From assembly GCA_051362555.1 (NCBI GenBank), contig CM120649.1, positions 6,324,001 through 6,388,000 on the forward strand: DNA of 64,000 nt. Direction: 5' to 3'. Both the position numbers and the translations under genes were made by a program. Below, in pieces: positions 39,837 to 52,967 of the stretch; position 1 is the first letter of the stretch, and the number at the start of each line of letters is the position of its first letter. Source of the DNA: Lingula anatina. Its lineage: Eukaryota; Animalia; Brachiopoda. Below the pieces are notes generated by a model. It saw only the letters and a program-made list of their open reading frames with translations, was not told the DNA's origin and did not search any database.

Positions 39837-42500
39837 GTAAGTTTTTTTTAATATATTTATATATGTGTTAATACTTATTTATGTATATATACAAATTGCA
39901 ATTTTATTTTATTGTTGTTGTTGTTGTTATTTCATATTTGATATGTTTATTAATTTAATGTCATTAACTGGCGTTTTTATAAAAAAAGGATGCATGATCT
40001 TATGTTCATATTTGAAAAACGCTTTCCTACTAAAAGCAGGGACGGTCTTGCTTGCATGGTTTTCATGGAAAGGTGTAAGTTTTAATCTTAAAATCTCACT
40101 TATATGAATTTAATCGACACATTGGAAGCGCCCGATACCCTTATCCGAATTATGAGGATGTTCAACCTAAATGCGAAAAAAGGTTACGCAACCCATGTCC
40201 ATTTGGTATCCGACCGGAGTTTTTCATGTAATTTACACATCGCGTTGTCTTGGGGGCTCGATCACCCCATTTTTGTCTTTTTACGCGCGTTTTATTTTTT
40301 TCATATTTCTTTCTTATTTTACCCGCGCTTTCTTATCCGACAAGAGTCTCAACGACAATAAACGAATATCTAGGTTCTTCTGTATAAAAATACACCGTTA
40401 ATAATGAGTTCAGCATTTCTTTCCAAACGAGAATTTCAAGTCCTGTTACACCTGTTTTACTTTCCATGTGAAAATAAGGTTCAAATCTTTGAAAATGATA
40501 AGGCATGCAATAATGATTTACGGGTGTATTAGAACGACTGTGAACTTTGATGGCAATACACATGGTATAGTGTGCAACTCAGAACGTTGAAGAGCAAATA
40601 TATCAAAGTGCATGTGTCCCAATACAGAATGTATTAAAGGTAAAGATTCGTGTAGGTAAAATATTATATTAAAGGGGTTTTATCCCCTTTTTATGCAATA
40701 ATGTAACTCTTAGAACCCAATATCTGCCTAGCACGTGTATGTTTCGGTGATACGAAGCACGCAAACGCTCTTCTTTATTCTTGCTTTTATTAATGATATT
40801 AAATCAAATATTTGGATTTTATTTGGTCGAACCATTGCCATCTTTTCTAACGTAAGGTACCTTGCGAGATCTCGTATGAATTTCTCTATGCAATAATAAA
40901 AAAGAGAACAAAGGATTAAAAAAAGAGAAAAAAAACGCAATTTATATTAATGTAGGTTTTGTTGTGTATAGTTGTGTAACAAATTCCATTAACTATTTTG
41001 CAATCGCAGAAGTTGTTCTATTAACACTTTTACCTTTACTTTTGCCTTTTTCAACCAGCGTATTTTTCATAAGAAACCGTCTTCAAGATTGACTAATTGC
41101 TCCTTGTGTGGTCTACAGTTAATCACATAATTTAGTATTGTTACTAATGCAGGGATTATTTAGGTAGGTTTTCACCAAACTCGCAATCAGTGATCATTGG
41201 ACGAAATTGAGGTTAGTACCTACAATGTCTCTATTAATGGAATTGCGTGAATAGCCAACAATTAACCACACACACACAAAGACGAAATCGTGTTAATTTG
41301 CTTGCACACGAGTACTGCGTCGTTGATGAGACACGTGTTTGGCAAATGAAGCCTGTGCTTTCCAATCCATCAAAATATATGAAATCTTGTAATTTTCTCA
41401 ACCGTCGTATTTCAAAGCCCTGTGGGTTGCTCGTCTTGAGGGTTGGGGCCAGTTTCGTGTCGATAGTTTTGCCACCTTTCTCTTCTTCTTATTCATCTTC
41501 TTCCTGTTTTTTTTTTTCTTTCGCATCGGCATTGCCACCCCCTTCTCTTTTTTATGTAATCCTCTCTCTCTCCATCTCTCTCTCTCTCTCTCTCATTTTC
41601 AACCAATCAGACAGGCATTTGGTGGGTGCAAGCTCTCACGCACGAATTGAATAGACATGCTATTCGAATATCCTTCAAAAGAAATGTGATGTGTTATATA
41701 AGCAGTACGCAATCTAAAGAATGCACTGCTTTAGGTAAATTGATAAATCGCATTTCTCACTAACTCATGGTATTCACAATCACTTTACAAATTGATTTTT
41801 GGATAATACATTTTTTTTCGGCTAACCATGGGGTCAAAACAAACAATTTAGATTTCAGTTTCCACTAAATCACAAAACCACAAAATCAGGAAATGATACA
41901 TCTGCTTTCTTTAGTTTTATATTTCTAGCATAGTGAAATTATTATTTTTTTATTGTATTCTTTTTGAATTTTGAAACGCAATTGCAGTATGTTGGAAATC
42001 TGTCATCAAAAATTGGTAAAAAATAAATATTTTATTGTGTTTTTACACAAAGAGACTTTAGTTTATACAATAAATGTCTCGCAACTTGTGTTTTATTTCA
42101 CTGCAAAAATTTCATTTTCACTAGAATGTACTTTATACATGTGCCCGTGTGCATGTTAGAGGTGACACAGGAAACTAGTCGTTTCGCAATGAGAACTTCC
42201 CGTTCACAATATTTAGCAATTGCGACGTAATTTAACACATTCAAACACACCAAAGATCTTGAATTAATCCCTACGTCAAGCGCAATTTATATCTATTATC
42301 TAGACTTGCCATTTTATAATATAATGTTTATGTTTTGAGAAACGGAACTCCTAATATTATGCCATAGAATTTGTTGTTGCCAGGTAGCAAGTAAATACGT
42401 ATCTGTATTAACTTGCATATATTTCAAACCTTAAGTTACAGAATATTAAGGGCTCCGTTTTTTTAATGTATTAAGTGATATAAAAAGCAAAGGCCAAAAG

Positions 42501-42780
42501 AAAGAGTTGATGTCGAAATAAGAAAGGCTATGGATTTTTCTCCTATTCTCGGATTTGCACCTTCTGCTAATAAGAGAGAAAGAGAAAAAAAAAGAGTTGA
42601 TGCCGAATAAAAGAAAGTCTGTGGATTTACCTCTGACTTGTGGCCCTCATAGCATATTCTAGCATTTGATAAATTTTATGAATAAAAGATAAAAGGAAAA
42701 GGAGAAAATAACAAAAGATAAAGGGAGAAAAAGAGTTGACGTCGAATAAAAGAAAGACTGTGGATTTGTCCCCTACTCCT
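42501..42780. repeat. Three dispersed-tandem copies of a 40-50-bp unit
   Basis: AAAGAGTTGAYGYCGAA..AGAAAG.CTRTGGATTT at 42501, 42591 and 42730. Confidence 0.8.
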
Positions 42781-43131
42781 TATAAGAAAGAAAGAGAGTA
42801 GGAAGTTCAATCTGCTTGTCAACTAGACTTGACACCTAGGTGCCACAAACACACTAAAAGACATGTCCATGTGCTAAGACCCTGCCGTAATTCCAAAGCG
42901 ACTCTGTAGTCTCCATTTTCCAGTCCACTTTACCCACTGGTCAGCGCGCCGCCAGTCAAACACGGCCATTGCAGTCTTTAAGTGTAAGGACGTGTCGGAG
43001 TGGACATTGATGACAGTTCAACAATGGTGTCCGGTGTCTGTAAACGACCGTTAAACCAAGGGTAATTTAACAGCCTGTTGGTCACTCGACTGGCTGGCCG
43101 GCTGCTCATGCGGATTTATTGTCCAGGTTTG

Positions 43132-43228
43132 CGGGTCTGGTGGAGACGATGTGAATAAGTCCCGTCACCGAAACTGCATTTTGATCGACAACTACTTTTA
43201 CTATTCCCTCCGCCCCCTCATCCTAACA

Positions 43229-43279
<51 letters not shown>

Positions 43280-43970
43280 TCCCACATCTTAGTAAACGTG
43301 TTAAAAGGTAAGACAAATACTCATTCTCCTTTATAGTTGATTAGCGTTTCAGTAATTAAAATTACCTCGATGAAAACAAACATAGTGGCATATATAATAC
43401 AAACACGCCAACGCTGAAGGGTTTTCTTGGACTTTTTCATTAATTTTTCTCAAATAGACGTAATAGTCACCTACTCACGCGAACCTAAACGTGACAATTT
43501 TAAAAACAGGTCAATAAATTGTCGAATAAATGAAAAACAATTTCTCAAGCAAAAACAGACGAATGTGTTACAATAGCAGGGCGCAGGCGTTCAGATGTCA
43601 GTGACTTGTGTGTTAAAACTGTTTCTTTAATTAGCTCAATAGCTAAATTGCCTCCCACACACATCTCGAAAACTGCCACTAGTTAAATTTGTCCCCTGCA
43701 GTCAATGGACAAATTTTTGCCTTTCGTCACAGTGACAATTATAAAAGATTGGTGTTTCGTTTATATTTAGTTTATCATTTGTTGAAGCAATTGCAAGAGA
43801 CAGGATTGAAAGCAACTGTTCTCATTCCATCAAAAATCTTTTTATTGTATTGCATTGTATTGTATTGTTATTTTCGGGTCTGCTGAAGACGATGTGAAGC
43901 GGTCATGTCACCGAAACTGTATTTTGTTCTACAGCTACTTCTGCCTCCCCCCTTCCCCCTAACCTCCCAA

Positions 43971-44007
<37 letters not shown>

Positions 44008-44758
44008 ACACACACACACACACACACACACACATCTTAGTAAAGGTGTTAAAAAGTAAGACGATTACTCATCATCTTTTATAGTCGATAAGCGTTTCAG
44101 TAATAAACATTACATCGAAAACAAAAAAATGGCATATACAATAACAAAACGCCAACATTGGAATGTTTTCTTGGGCTTTTGCATTAATATTTTTTTCCAA
44201 AATGGATGTAATAGCTACTTAGTCACGCGAATTTAAACGTGACAATTATTATCAACAGGTCGAAATATTGTGGAATATATGAAAAACACCGATTTCTCAA
44301 GCAAAAACAAACAAATGTGTTACAATAACAGGGTGCGGGCGTGCAGATGTCAATGACTTTTGTGTTAAAACTGTTTCTTTTCTTAAGTATAATAGATAAC
44401 TCGCCTCCCACGCACAAACGCGCTCGCTCGCTCGTGCACGCACGCACACACATCGAAAACTACCACTACTCAAACCTGGCTGCTGTATCCAAGAGGAAAA
44501 CTTTGCCTCTCTTCACTGTAACATTCAAGAGAAAAATGGTTTTCCATTTATATTTATAATTTGCGAGGATTCTGAGTGTATCACTACATTGGTTTAAATA
44601 ACAGTAAGTCACAAAGATGAGTCTTTGCTAGACCAATTTTCAGTTGAATTGATATAATTTCTTGTAGCAAGAAGCAGGACTGAAAGCAACTGTTCTCTCA
44701 TTACATTCAAAATCCTTTTATTGTAGTGTAGTGTAGTGTTGTATCATATTCTATTTTC
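43132..44758. repeat. Diverged head-to-tail tandem duplication (units 43132-43874 and 43875-44758)
   Basis: Collinear blocks: CGGGTCTG..AGACGATGTGAA..GTCACCGAAACTG, (CT)n, CATCTTAGTAAA, TTTCTCAAGCAAAAACA, TGTGTTAAAACTGTTTCTTT, TGAAAGCAACTGTTCTC. Confidence 0.9.
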
Positions 44759-45524
44759 CTGTTAATGAAATGATAAAAACGGCGTCAAAGTTAACGTTTA
44801 CGATCCTGTATTGATAAAAGAGCGAGAAGTTAACCTTGGCACGTTACAATGGGTTACTAAACGTTCCTCACTAAAACACTCAAATTTTAGTTCTGAGTGT
44901 GTCAAGGGATATCTTATTTTTTATTCGTTTGCTATACTGCTATATTGAGACCGGAAACAATTGATTAGAAATGGGTTTTCTATATTTACCATGTTCATGG
45001 TATATTCCTTTCCAAAAAAAACTGGATATTTTTGTATTTATAAGTGTATTTATGTATTTATCCATCTTTACATTTATTCGTTCGTTGATTTTTAATCTTT
45101 TTTATCTGTTTATTAATACATTTGTCAGCTTTTTAATTTTAAGGTCCTAATAGCATATTCTTGTATTCGATTCATTTTTTTCTGCTATTAATATTATTTC
45201 TTCAGTGGTGCATAACAGACAATACCTTTTGTATACATGTTATATTCCAGTTCCATTACTAAGCAAATTGTATTCTTACACTGATAACGATTAGGTCTTC
45301 TTCACAACCTGTATACCATCAGACAGTAATCAATTGAAATTCTTTTGCGAAAAGCATCATCTAGCACCATTTCTGGTCTAATCCTCAGGGGAAAATTGCA
45401 TCTCGCTGTAACCGACAGCTAATTGCCATCTCCAGAGACCAGCCTCACAAAAGTTAGCCCGAGATTTTTTAAGCCTACACTTTTAAACCCCAAAAAAAAT
45501 GTGGACAACAGTTCAAGACAAACC

Positions 45525-45702
45525 CAGGGGCGGATTTAGGGCGTCTTCTGGTCTTCCGGAAGACGGTCAGAATTTCAAGTCTTTTCAAGATTTTATATAG
45601 ACGGGTATCTAACTTTTTCTGTCGGAAGACGGTCAAAAATGAGGATGGATCAACAAAGATAATTTGGAAGACTGTCAATAAATATCTCTGGATCCGCCCC
45701 TG
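45525..45702 (+). mobile_element. MITE family A, 5-bp TSD AAACC
   Basis: Perfect TIR CAGGGGCGGAT..ATCCGCCCCTG; AAACC on both flanks. Confidence 0.9.
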
Positions 45703-47002
45703 AAACCCATAGTAATCTCATTAAATAAAGTATTGGGTCTGAAACATTATCCACGCCATTATTGTTATAAAAAGACAGTATTTCTTTTAACAACTATTCT
45801 ATCAAGAGTCAAAATGAACTAAAAATTTGGTCTAAAATTTCAATACATTTTTCAGGCTTAAGGACTTTTATGTGAAACAGAACCCTGTTTGTAAATGTAA
45901 GTATACAGATAATGAAAACTGATAAAAACTGTTGCCATATAAAAGAATGTTCCTCGTGTCTTTGCAATGATTACATGTATGAAATTCCTTGTCTAGAAAA
46001 TTTCTATCATTACACACGGTATATGTACCGCAATTCTTTAAATAATAATATCATTCCCTAAAACGGATTTTATGAAGAGGCACATTAGCAAAGGACAGAA
46101 ACTCGTGTAAAAAAGATGATGGAGTATCTATGACTCGTTGGGAGATTTTACCAGAAAAATCATCCTACGGCTATTCCCTGTTCTTGAGTGCAAGCGTGCT
46201 GTTCATATATGAAAAAGGTGCTTGGTACTTAGATAAGTACACGCGTCAGGAGAGTAAGGTACTTGCAAAGGCGTCAAAGGTGGGCCCAGCGTTACAAAAA
46301 CAGGACCTTTTAATTTTCACTTTGGCTTCACCGTTAATTCATGGATAATACTGAACTGCACTTACAATGAAATGTTGGTCTACTTTGACAAACGGATCAT
46401 TTTTCGTTCTCGATTCACGACTTTAATATGGGGACAGTGTAATTATTTTCATAATTTTTGGAACAAAGCGGCTGCAATAATCATATGGGGAGGGGGGGGG
46501 GGAGGGGCTATGCCCATTATATATCTCTCAATGTAACGTTTGCCGCTTCGTTCAAATTATATTATGATGTAGCCAAAACTATAGCGATTAAGCTTATACG
46601 TATTTGGTGGAAAATGTCTTGAGTCTTTAAAAAGTCGATCAAAATCAAATTTATGCAATTTGTTTCACATTAACTTAATGCACTTTATCTTATATAGTTA
46701 TTTTTGTCGCCATAAAACGCGCTTAATGCAATTTCTTATGCAATTTCTTATGCAGCATTAAGCCATGAAACAAAGAAAGGCATTCTCTTAGGGTCGTAAT
46801 TAAAGACTGGTTCATTTCTCAAATAATCTGGTCCGTTATTCAGACAACCTAACATCATCATATGCCCAGTTTGATGAACGAGGCCAATACGCCCCGATAA
46901 TGGGTCTTTTTAATTTGAGTAACCTGACGCCAAAAAGACAAGTCATTTTAATCGGACGGGACGAACTGATTCTAACTGAATGCGCATTGCAAGGGAGACA
47001 TC

Positions 47003-47004
<2 letters not shown>

Positions 47005-47042
<38 letters not shown>
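47005..47042. repeat. (TG)n microsatellite
   Basis: Directly visible. Confidence 0.95.
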
Positions 47043-47043
<1 letters not shown>

Positions 47044-47269
47044 TGTTGCTAGATACTGGTACATTAGCCTCTCTTTTGAGAAAAAACTTTGCTGCATCTT
47101 CCACGCAGTATACTGGCTACATCATTTATAATGTATTGCTCTCACTACTAAGGTCTATTCCTGTAAAATTGAATATGTAGTAATAAGTAACTTACGATCT
47201 AGAATGTATTATTATTATTCTTTACCTTTGGATAATTTTACCAGCCAAGTATGGCGTAAAAAGTATCAA

Positions 47270-47273
<4 letters not shown>

Positions 47274-47335
<62 letters not shown>
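47274..47335. repeat. (CT)n microsatellite
   Basis: Directly visible; longest of about 10 such tracts. Confidence 0.95.
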
Positions 47336-47336
<1 letters not shown>

Positions 47337-50260
47337 AACCATGGTCGTTATGACCCTCGGCGACCTTTAAGGCCAGTTTCAGCGTCCGATTCCTTTTTGC
47401 ATCCCACATTTTTCTTTGTGTGGTCATTCCTGTGTTTTTCTTTAGTTGGTTTTGGAACAGAAGCCTTTTTCTGCCTCTAGTTTTCTTTCCAACCGGGATG
47501 AGGCCCAGCTGACTTTAAAAAGTGCGTATTTATAATAGCACTAAACCATAGGAAGATTTAAGCGCTGTTATTAAATTCCATTACTTTTCACGATAAAAAA
47601 ATGGTGAAAAGTACAAGCGTCGCCGCACTGTTGTACTTCACGTCAATTCATATTTACCTAGCCAATCAGTAGTATCAAATATGTCGTAATCACTTAGGCT
47701 TATTTCTCTGATAACAGGGCATTCTAGGTAAAAATGCACAAAAAATCCTCACATAACTTAAAATAACTGTTTTTCTGGCGTTAGGTTTTCGGATCACTTG
47801 TGATAATATCAACTTTTTAAATTAATTTTAAATCATATTTTCTTTATGGTTCTTAATTTGTTTATGTGAGAAACATTGAAACGCATGTATAGTGCGACTT
47901 TTTAAGACAATTATTGATGATTTTATAAACAATATTATATTACCTAGATCTAACGGTTATGAATTTTCAATAATAGACTGGAGTCTGGAAACAAAAGGAA
48001 TCGACTGTCAAATATACTTAGTTTTCACGTAAATCCTCAGAGCTGAGGACGCCATGGTAAACTATCGATCTTTGCCTTTTATGCCAAGTTACAAGTAAAA
48101 AACGGACACCATGCAAACTCAAAATTTACAAGACTGAGATTTAGATAATTATGATTCCACTATATTTGATTTCAGTGTTCTGCGTTTATACTGGTAATGG
48201 TGGAAGTGGTATATTATATCAATTTTTTTCTATTATCTTTCTACGTTTTTTTTCCTTTTCATTTCAATATGTCTATTTCAATATCCAACCAGAGTAGCAC
48301 GTGGCGAAGGTTTCTCTAATTGCAAAAACAGAGTCGCAAATCCTTTTCTTTCTCGAGCAACGCTGATAATACCTTTATAGTATATTCATAATTCGCTTTC
48401 TGTGTCCACATGCTTCAGTAGCAGTTTTTTCTCTTTCATTTACAGTCCTCCGTGAGGGAACGAGCAGACTAATAGTCTCGGCTACTAAATAGAAAGCCGT
48501 TTCGCGCAATTAAATCGTATATCTTAAGTTCTCACTCTCGACTTCGCGCCGCTGTGAATGTAACCGATAACACTTAACAAGACCATGACTTATAGTTGAA
48601 CAGAATATGGGGGACAGTTGGGAAGAGTTTCAGACACAACGGCGCTCGTCTGGATCGACAATAGACAAATAAAAACGTTCTTTAATAGAGATACACGCAT
48701 GTTTGTCGATCAGGTTTGTTTAGTTTTCGATGCAAAAAGGAATCAACAGACGTGAAACTATATCTACTGGCATGTGTGGTGTGGTGGTCTTAAAATTTAT
48801 GATTCTGAGTAGCGTATATTCACGCATTTAGTTAGCCCTTATCATAACGGACTGGTCGTAAACACAAAGCAGGCCACGTTGGTGGTGATTTCCAACTTGT
48901 TTAAGAATTTAAACTTTATATACGGATTTTATCAGTGTACAGGTTTTTAAAACATGACCCTGAAGAAAATATTGCAGTAACCGACTAATTTAAACGTTTG
49001 ACATTTAAGTTTCGGTGATTGTTTCCAGTGTGCTGGGTATGGAAACGACCGGGTTAATAACTGGAAATTTGAAAGTGTTGTTTTATTTTGATCTACTATT
49101 TGATCATTTTATGAACTATCCGATTAATTATTCGTTTATGTGCCCATCTTTGTCTTCATTCACTCGTTTTTCTGTATACTTTTTATGTGTGACAGAAAGA
49201 ATTTTATAAAGTACTGCCATCAATGTTGGTCAGTACATGTATTCAGCATTTCATCATTGTATGCCACCCAGAAATAACTATGGGCGTGTCTTAATCATTT
49301 TTTCTGATCTTTTTTAGTTTTATTAAACTAAATAACATCATCTGCATCTCTGTGTATTCATTTATGAATTCAACTATTCAGCCATGTGCGTATTACGAAA
49401 GGGTATTTGGAAAGTACTACATGTACCATGAAAATGTCGAATATTAGATTACTGTAAACCTCCGGGATATACAAGTATACGGTATAAACGGTCTATTAAA
49501 ATGAGGAATGTCACACACACAAGGCGTTCTACCTCGAGCTATAATTTTTTTTTTTTTTTTTTTTTTTTTTTTGCGTTTTTATTATTTTCGTTACTACTAT
49601 CAAACAAACAGCACCTAAAGCCTCTACCATGATTGTAATGCCATAGTGAGTGTTCTGTTAAGTAAGCGTATTTGTATACTGGTATTGTTTGAATTTTCAT
49701 GGGGATCGGTCAAAAGATCACTGAAAGGGCAAATTGGTCGTGTAGGTGGAATTAAACATGAATTAGATATACGGATTACAAAGTCTAATATACTCATTTA
49801 TAAACCGAAACCACTGATTCCATGTCCAATCTTTAATGGCGGAAGGTTTTAATTACCTTCAAGAAAGGTAACGTCAATGATTTTGAGACGTTAGACGTGC
49901 AGGGGCTTGATACATGCTGAAAAATTGTAAATGAATAATATGAAGATAGATTTTTTTCATTTTGTCTCTCTTAAATGTCACTAAACATGAAAAAATCGTG
50001 TTACAAGTGTCATTTTGCCTACATGTGAAAGTAATGAGTCTAAAACTTGTCGCCACTTATGATTTCATCTTAAATAGTGTACCGCCATATACAAATTAAT
50101 AAGCATATTGTTGGCACTCCTTATTTTCTTTTGATTCCAAATTTAATTTAAATAAGTATCACTTGTTGTAAAATCTTACTGATATAAAGAAAAAAAATAT
50201 GTATTTCAACTTGAAGACATCAAGTGATGTAGGTTATTGCTATTCTATAGAAGTTGGATG

Positions 50261-50566
50261 AGGGACCCAGTGGGGGTAGGGGAGATAATAATAACAATTC
50301 ACGGGAAATAATATCATTAATTCACAAATTATAGTTGATACAACTTTGTTCATATCTCACTGATAATGCTCGTCAAAAATCCTGAAAATCACGAATCACA
50401 AGGTTTAATGACTTGGTTTCACGAAGGGCGTAGAATGAAAGGCCGCATTCAAGAGTCACGGGAATGGAGTGCTTCACTAATCACGCTAAATAAAATGAAC
50501 GTTTCACGCATCTCGGGGAAATAAAAAGTGACTTTCACGGACAACGAAATTCCCCAATGGGACCCT
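50261..50566. mobile_element. Old MITE with imperfect TIRs and internal TCACG repeats
   Basis: AGGGACCCAGTGGGG..CCCCAATGGGACCCT (13/15 inverted match); TCACG recurs at least seven times inside; TSD unclear. Confidence 0.6.
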
Positions 50567-50937
50567 TTCATGTACATTCCACCCAATGCAATTAAAATTT
50601 TGCTCGTTGACTTCAGAGAAAAGCGGATACTATGCAGGGTTCCAAAGTTGTCCCCATTAGCCAAAGTTCACGTAATGTCAACTGTTGTAATTAAGTCGTT
50701 CACTTTGCCACGTGTTTGTGACAATCCCTTACGCAATTAGGTTTAAACGTGCTGTTAATTATGTGTTGAATTATGAGCTCAACATATTGCCATTAACTCT
50801 TAAAAATGAAAATAAAACATAGATATGTTTAAACATGGGAGTATTACTGTTATACTACCATGGTTTTAATGGTATTTATGAATTCTGCCGAATATGTCTT
50901 ATGTTTTGTGATAATGCATATGTGGGCATACGCAGCG

Positions 50938-51116
50938 CAGGCCCGTAGCCAGCAATTTCAGAGGGGGGGGGGGGGTTCGTTTTCTGAAAAAGTGGACCTT
51001 TTACCATAAAATCCTCAAGTACATAGGTCAAATTTTACCCAGAGTGGACCTTTTCCCAGCAAAAAAGGTGGTTCTTTCGAACCCCCCGAACCCCCCCCCC
51101 CCTGGCTACGGGCCTG
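50938..51116 (-). mobile_element. MITE family B, 5-bp TSD CAGCG
   Basis: TIR CAGGCCCGTAGCCAG..CTGGCTACGGGCCTG; CAGCG on both flanks; inverted homolog of 12933-13097. Confidence 0.9.
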
Positions 51117-51379
51117 CAGCGGACAAATGACAACTTCATTTGGCTGGGAAGTGCGCCACTGTCACAGGCGGTCGGAAATCGGTTCATAGTTGTCACCCTA
51201 TTTATATCTTCATTTTGATCATTGTGCTATTTTGAACTCTTTGAACTCTTGTTGAGCGCGGGGGAAGGGCAATATCGTTCTTGATTAAATAATTTCTTAT
51301 CATTAATTCTTTATTGCATATATTCTTTCCTTTACTCTATCTCTCTGACTATCTTTCATTTATTTTTGAATCAGTAAAG

Positions 51380-51414
<35 letters not shown>

Positions 51415-52107
51415 TTCACCCATCCTAAGCACAAGTGAGTGTGTGAGAGCAAATGCAATCCCGTGGACATGCACACGCTCATTCATAAACAAATGCTCAT
51501 AAACACGCGCTTGTTTTACACATACTAAAAGCAGCTATAAAAATGTATCTTACTGTAAGTTTATTTTAAGAACAAAATTACTAGTCTTTATGAAAAGTGA
51601 GGTTTAAAACCCACAGTAGGACCTAATTTACGCTCAGCCTTTGTCTTGTTTCCACTGTTTTGGTTTTTTCTCTCTCTTATCTCGTGGCCACCCTTCCTTT
51701 GCAATAGCGTATCAGGGAAAAAGTAACTAAAAGACTAAATAAATCACGCCAGCAGTAAATACAGTAGTTGGCACGGAGCTTTGGAAGGTGATGCGATCAG
51801 ATACAGCCCTCTGTAAAATAAAGACTAAGTGTCCGGAAAACTGATAAATCACTACGGAAATGAGGCGAGGAGGGTATAAAGAAAAGACTGGGAGACAACA
51901 GACCGGAACGGAGTCACTTAGGGTCTTAGTGGCGCGCATCTTTGTGTCTGCGCCTTTCTTTGATCGGTATCTTGTAAAGAGGCGTGAGGAGTGATGACGG
52001 CTCATGACGAGGGTAGCGCTAACAGGTAGATTTAGGCGAGAGAGGCGAGGTGAGTTTACCCTAATCTAAATGTGACTTGGTGAGTACATCACGCGTGGAA
52101 AGGCACG

Positions 52108-52967
52108 TATAAACTAGACCTCATCGTGATTCACAAAGCACACTTGATCGTTTTGAGAGAGGACAAGATAGACAATACTACGAGGACGTCTTCATTTTAG
52201 GGCTTGATTACCACTACTGACAGTGCAAAGTTTTAATTCAAGTTATGTAGTAAACAGGACGACCTAAAGACGAATGAAATTGATGAAAATCGAGTGAAGG
52301 TCTTGACAGATATAAAGAGAGGATTCACATCAGCGTGTGCTACAGATGGGATTTTACGATCGCACAGGTTAGAAACCTCCAGTGCAGCTCACCAAGTCCG
52401 TTTATTCCAGGGACAAAATTTCTTTTGAGGGTCTTAAACAGTCGAGGAGGTTTCGGGTGAACTAAGTTTACAACCATAATTGCCACCCTCTCGTCGACAG
52501 AGTCGTTGCACGTATGACATAAGTGACAATTTTTTTAAAACGAAAAACGTTAAAATGAAATCTGTGTTTGGACAGAATTCAAACTTCTGAATAAGAAAAA
52601 AAGAAATTTACATAAAGTGAACTTCGGATGCATAAACTACGCAACAATGTTGTTCCAGGTAGCGCACGTGTACGAGTGACATGTGCTGCGATATTTCCCT
52701 CTTCTGAGGTGAAAGGCGATAATTGAACAACGTTCTTGAAAGGATGTCATTAGCATATAAAACCTCGGTGTAGAGTTAATTATCTCAGAAAACAGGCAGT
52801 AAAAGTCTAGTTGGATTCCCTCTTGTTAAGCAGCCGATTTCTGATAGGTGACTACTCCGAAAACGAATTGAAGAGGTTTGCAGAGCAACAGGTTAGCTTA
52901 TCTACTTCTCCCCGTTGACAGTTGATCGACAACGACGTTTTAGCTAAGTAAAGATATCGCGTATTCG
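52108..52967 (+). promoter_or_regulatory. Candidate proximal TATA promoter and long 5'UTR exon of the zinc-finger gene
   Basis: TATAAA 52108-52113 after a CpG-rich stretch; donor TCG|GTGAGT at 52968. Splicing to the acceptor at 55069/55070 puts an in-frame TAA (52949-52951) upstream, so the exon is non-coding in that frame. Confidence 0.5.

Noticed and set aside
42501-42780. CRISPR-like repeat-spacer array
   Set aside because: Eukaryotic context, degenerate repeats, unequal low-complexity spacers, no cas genes.
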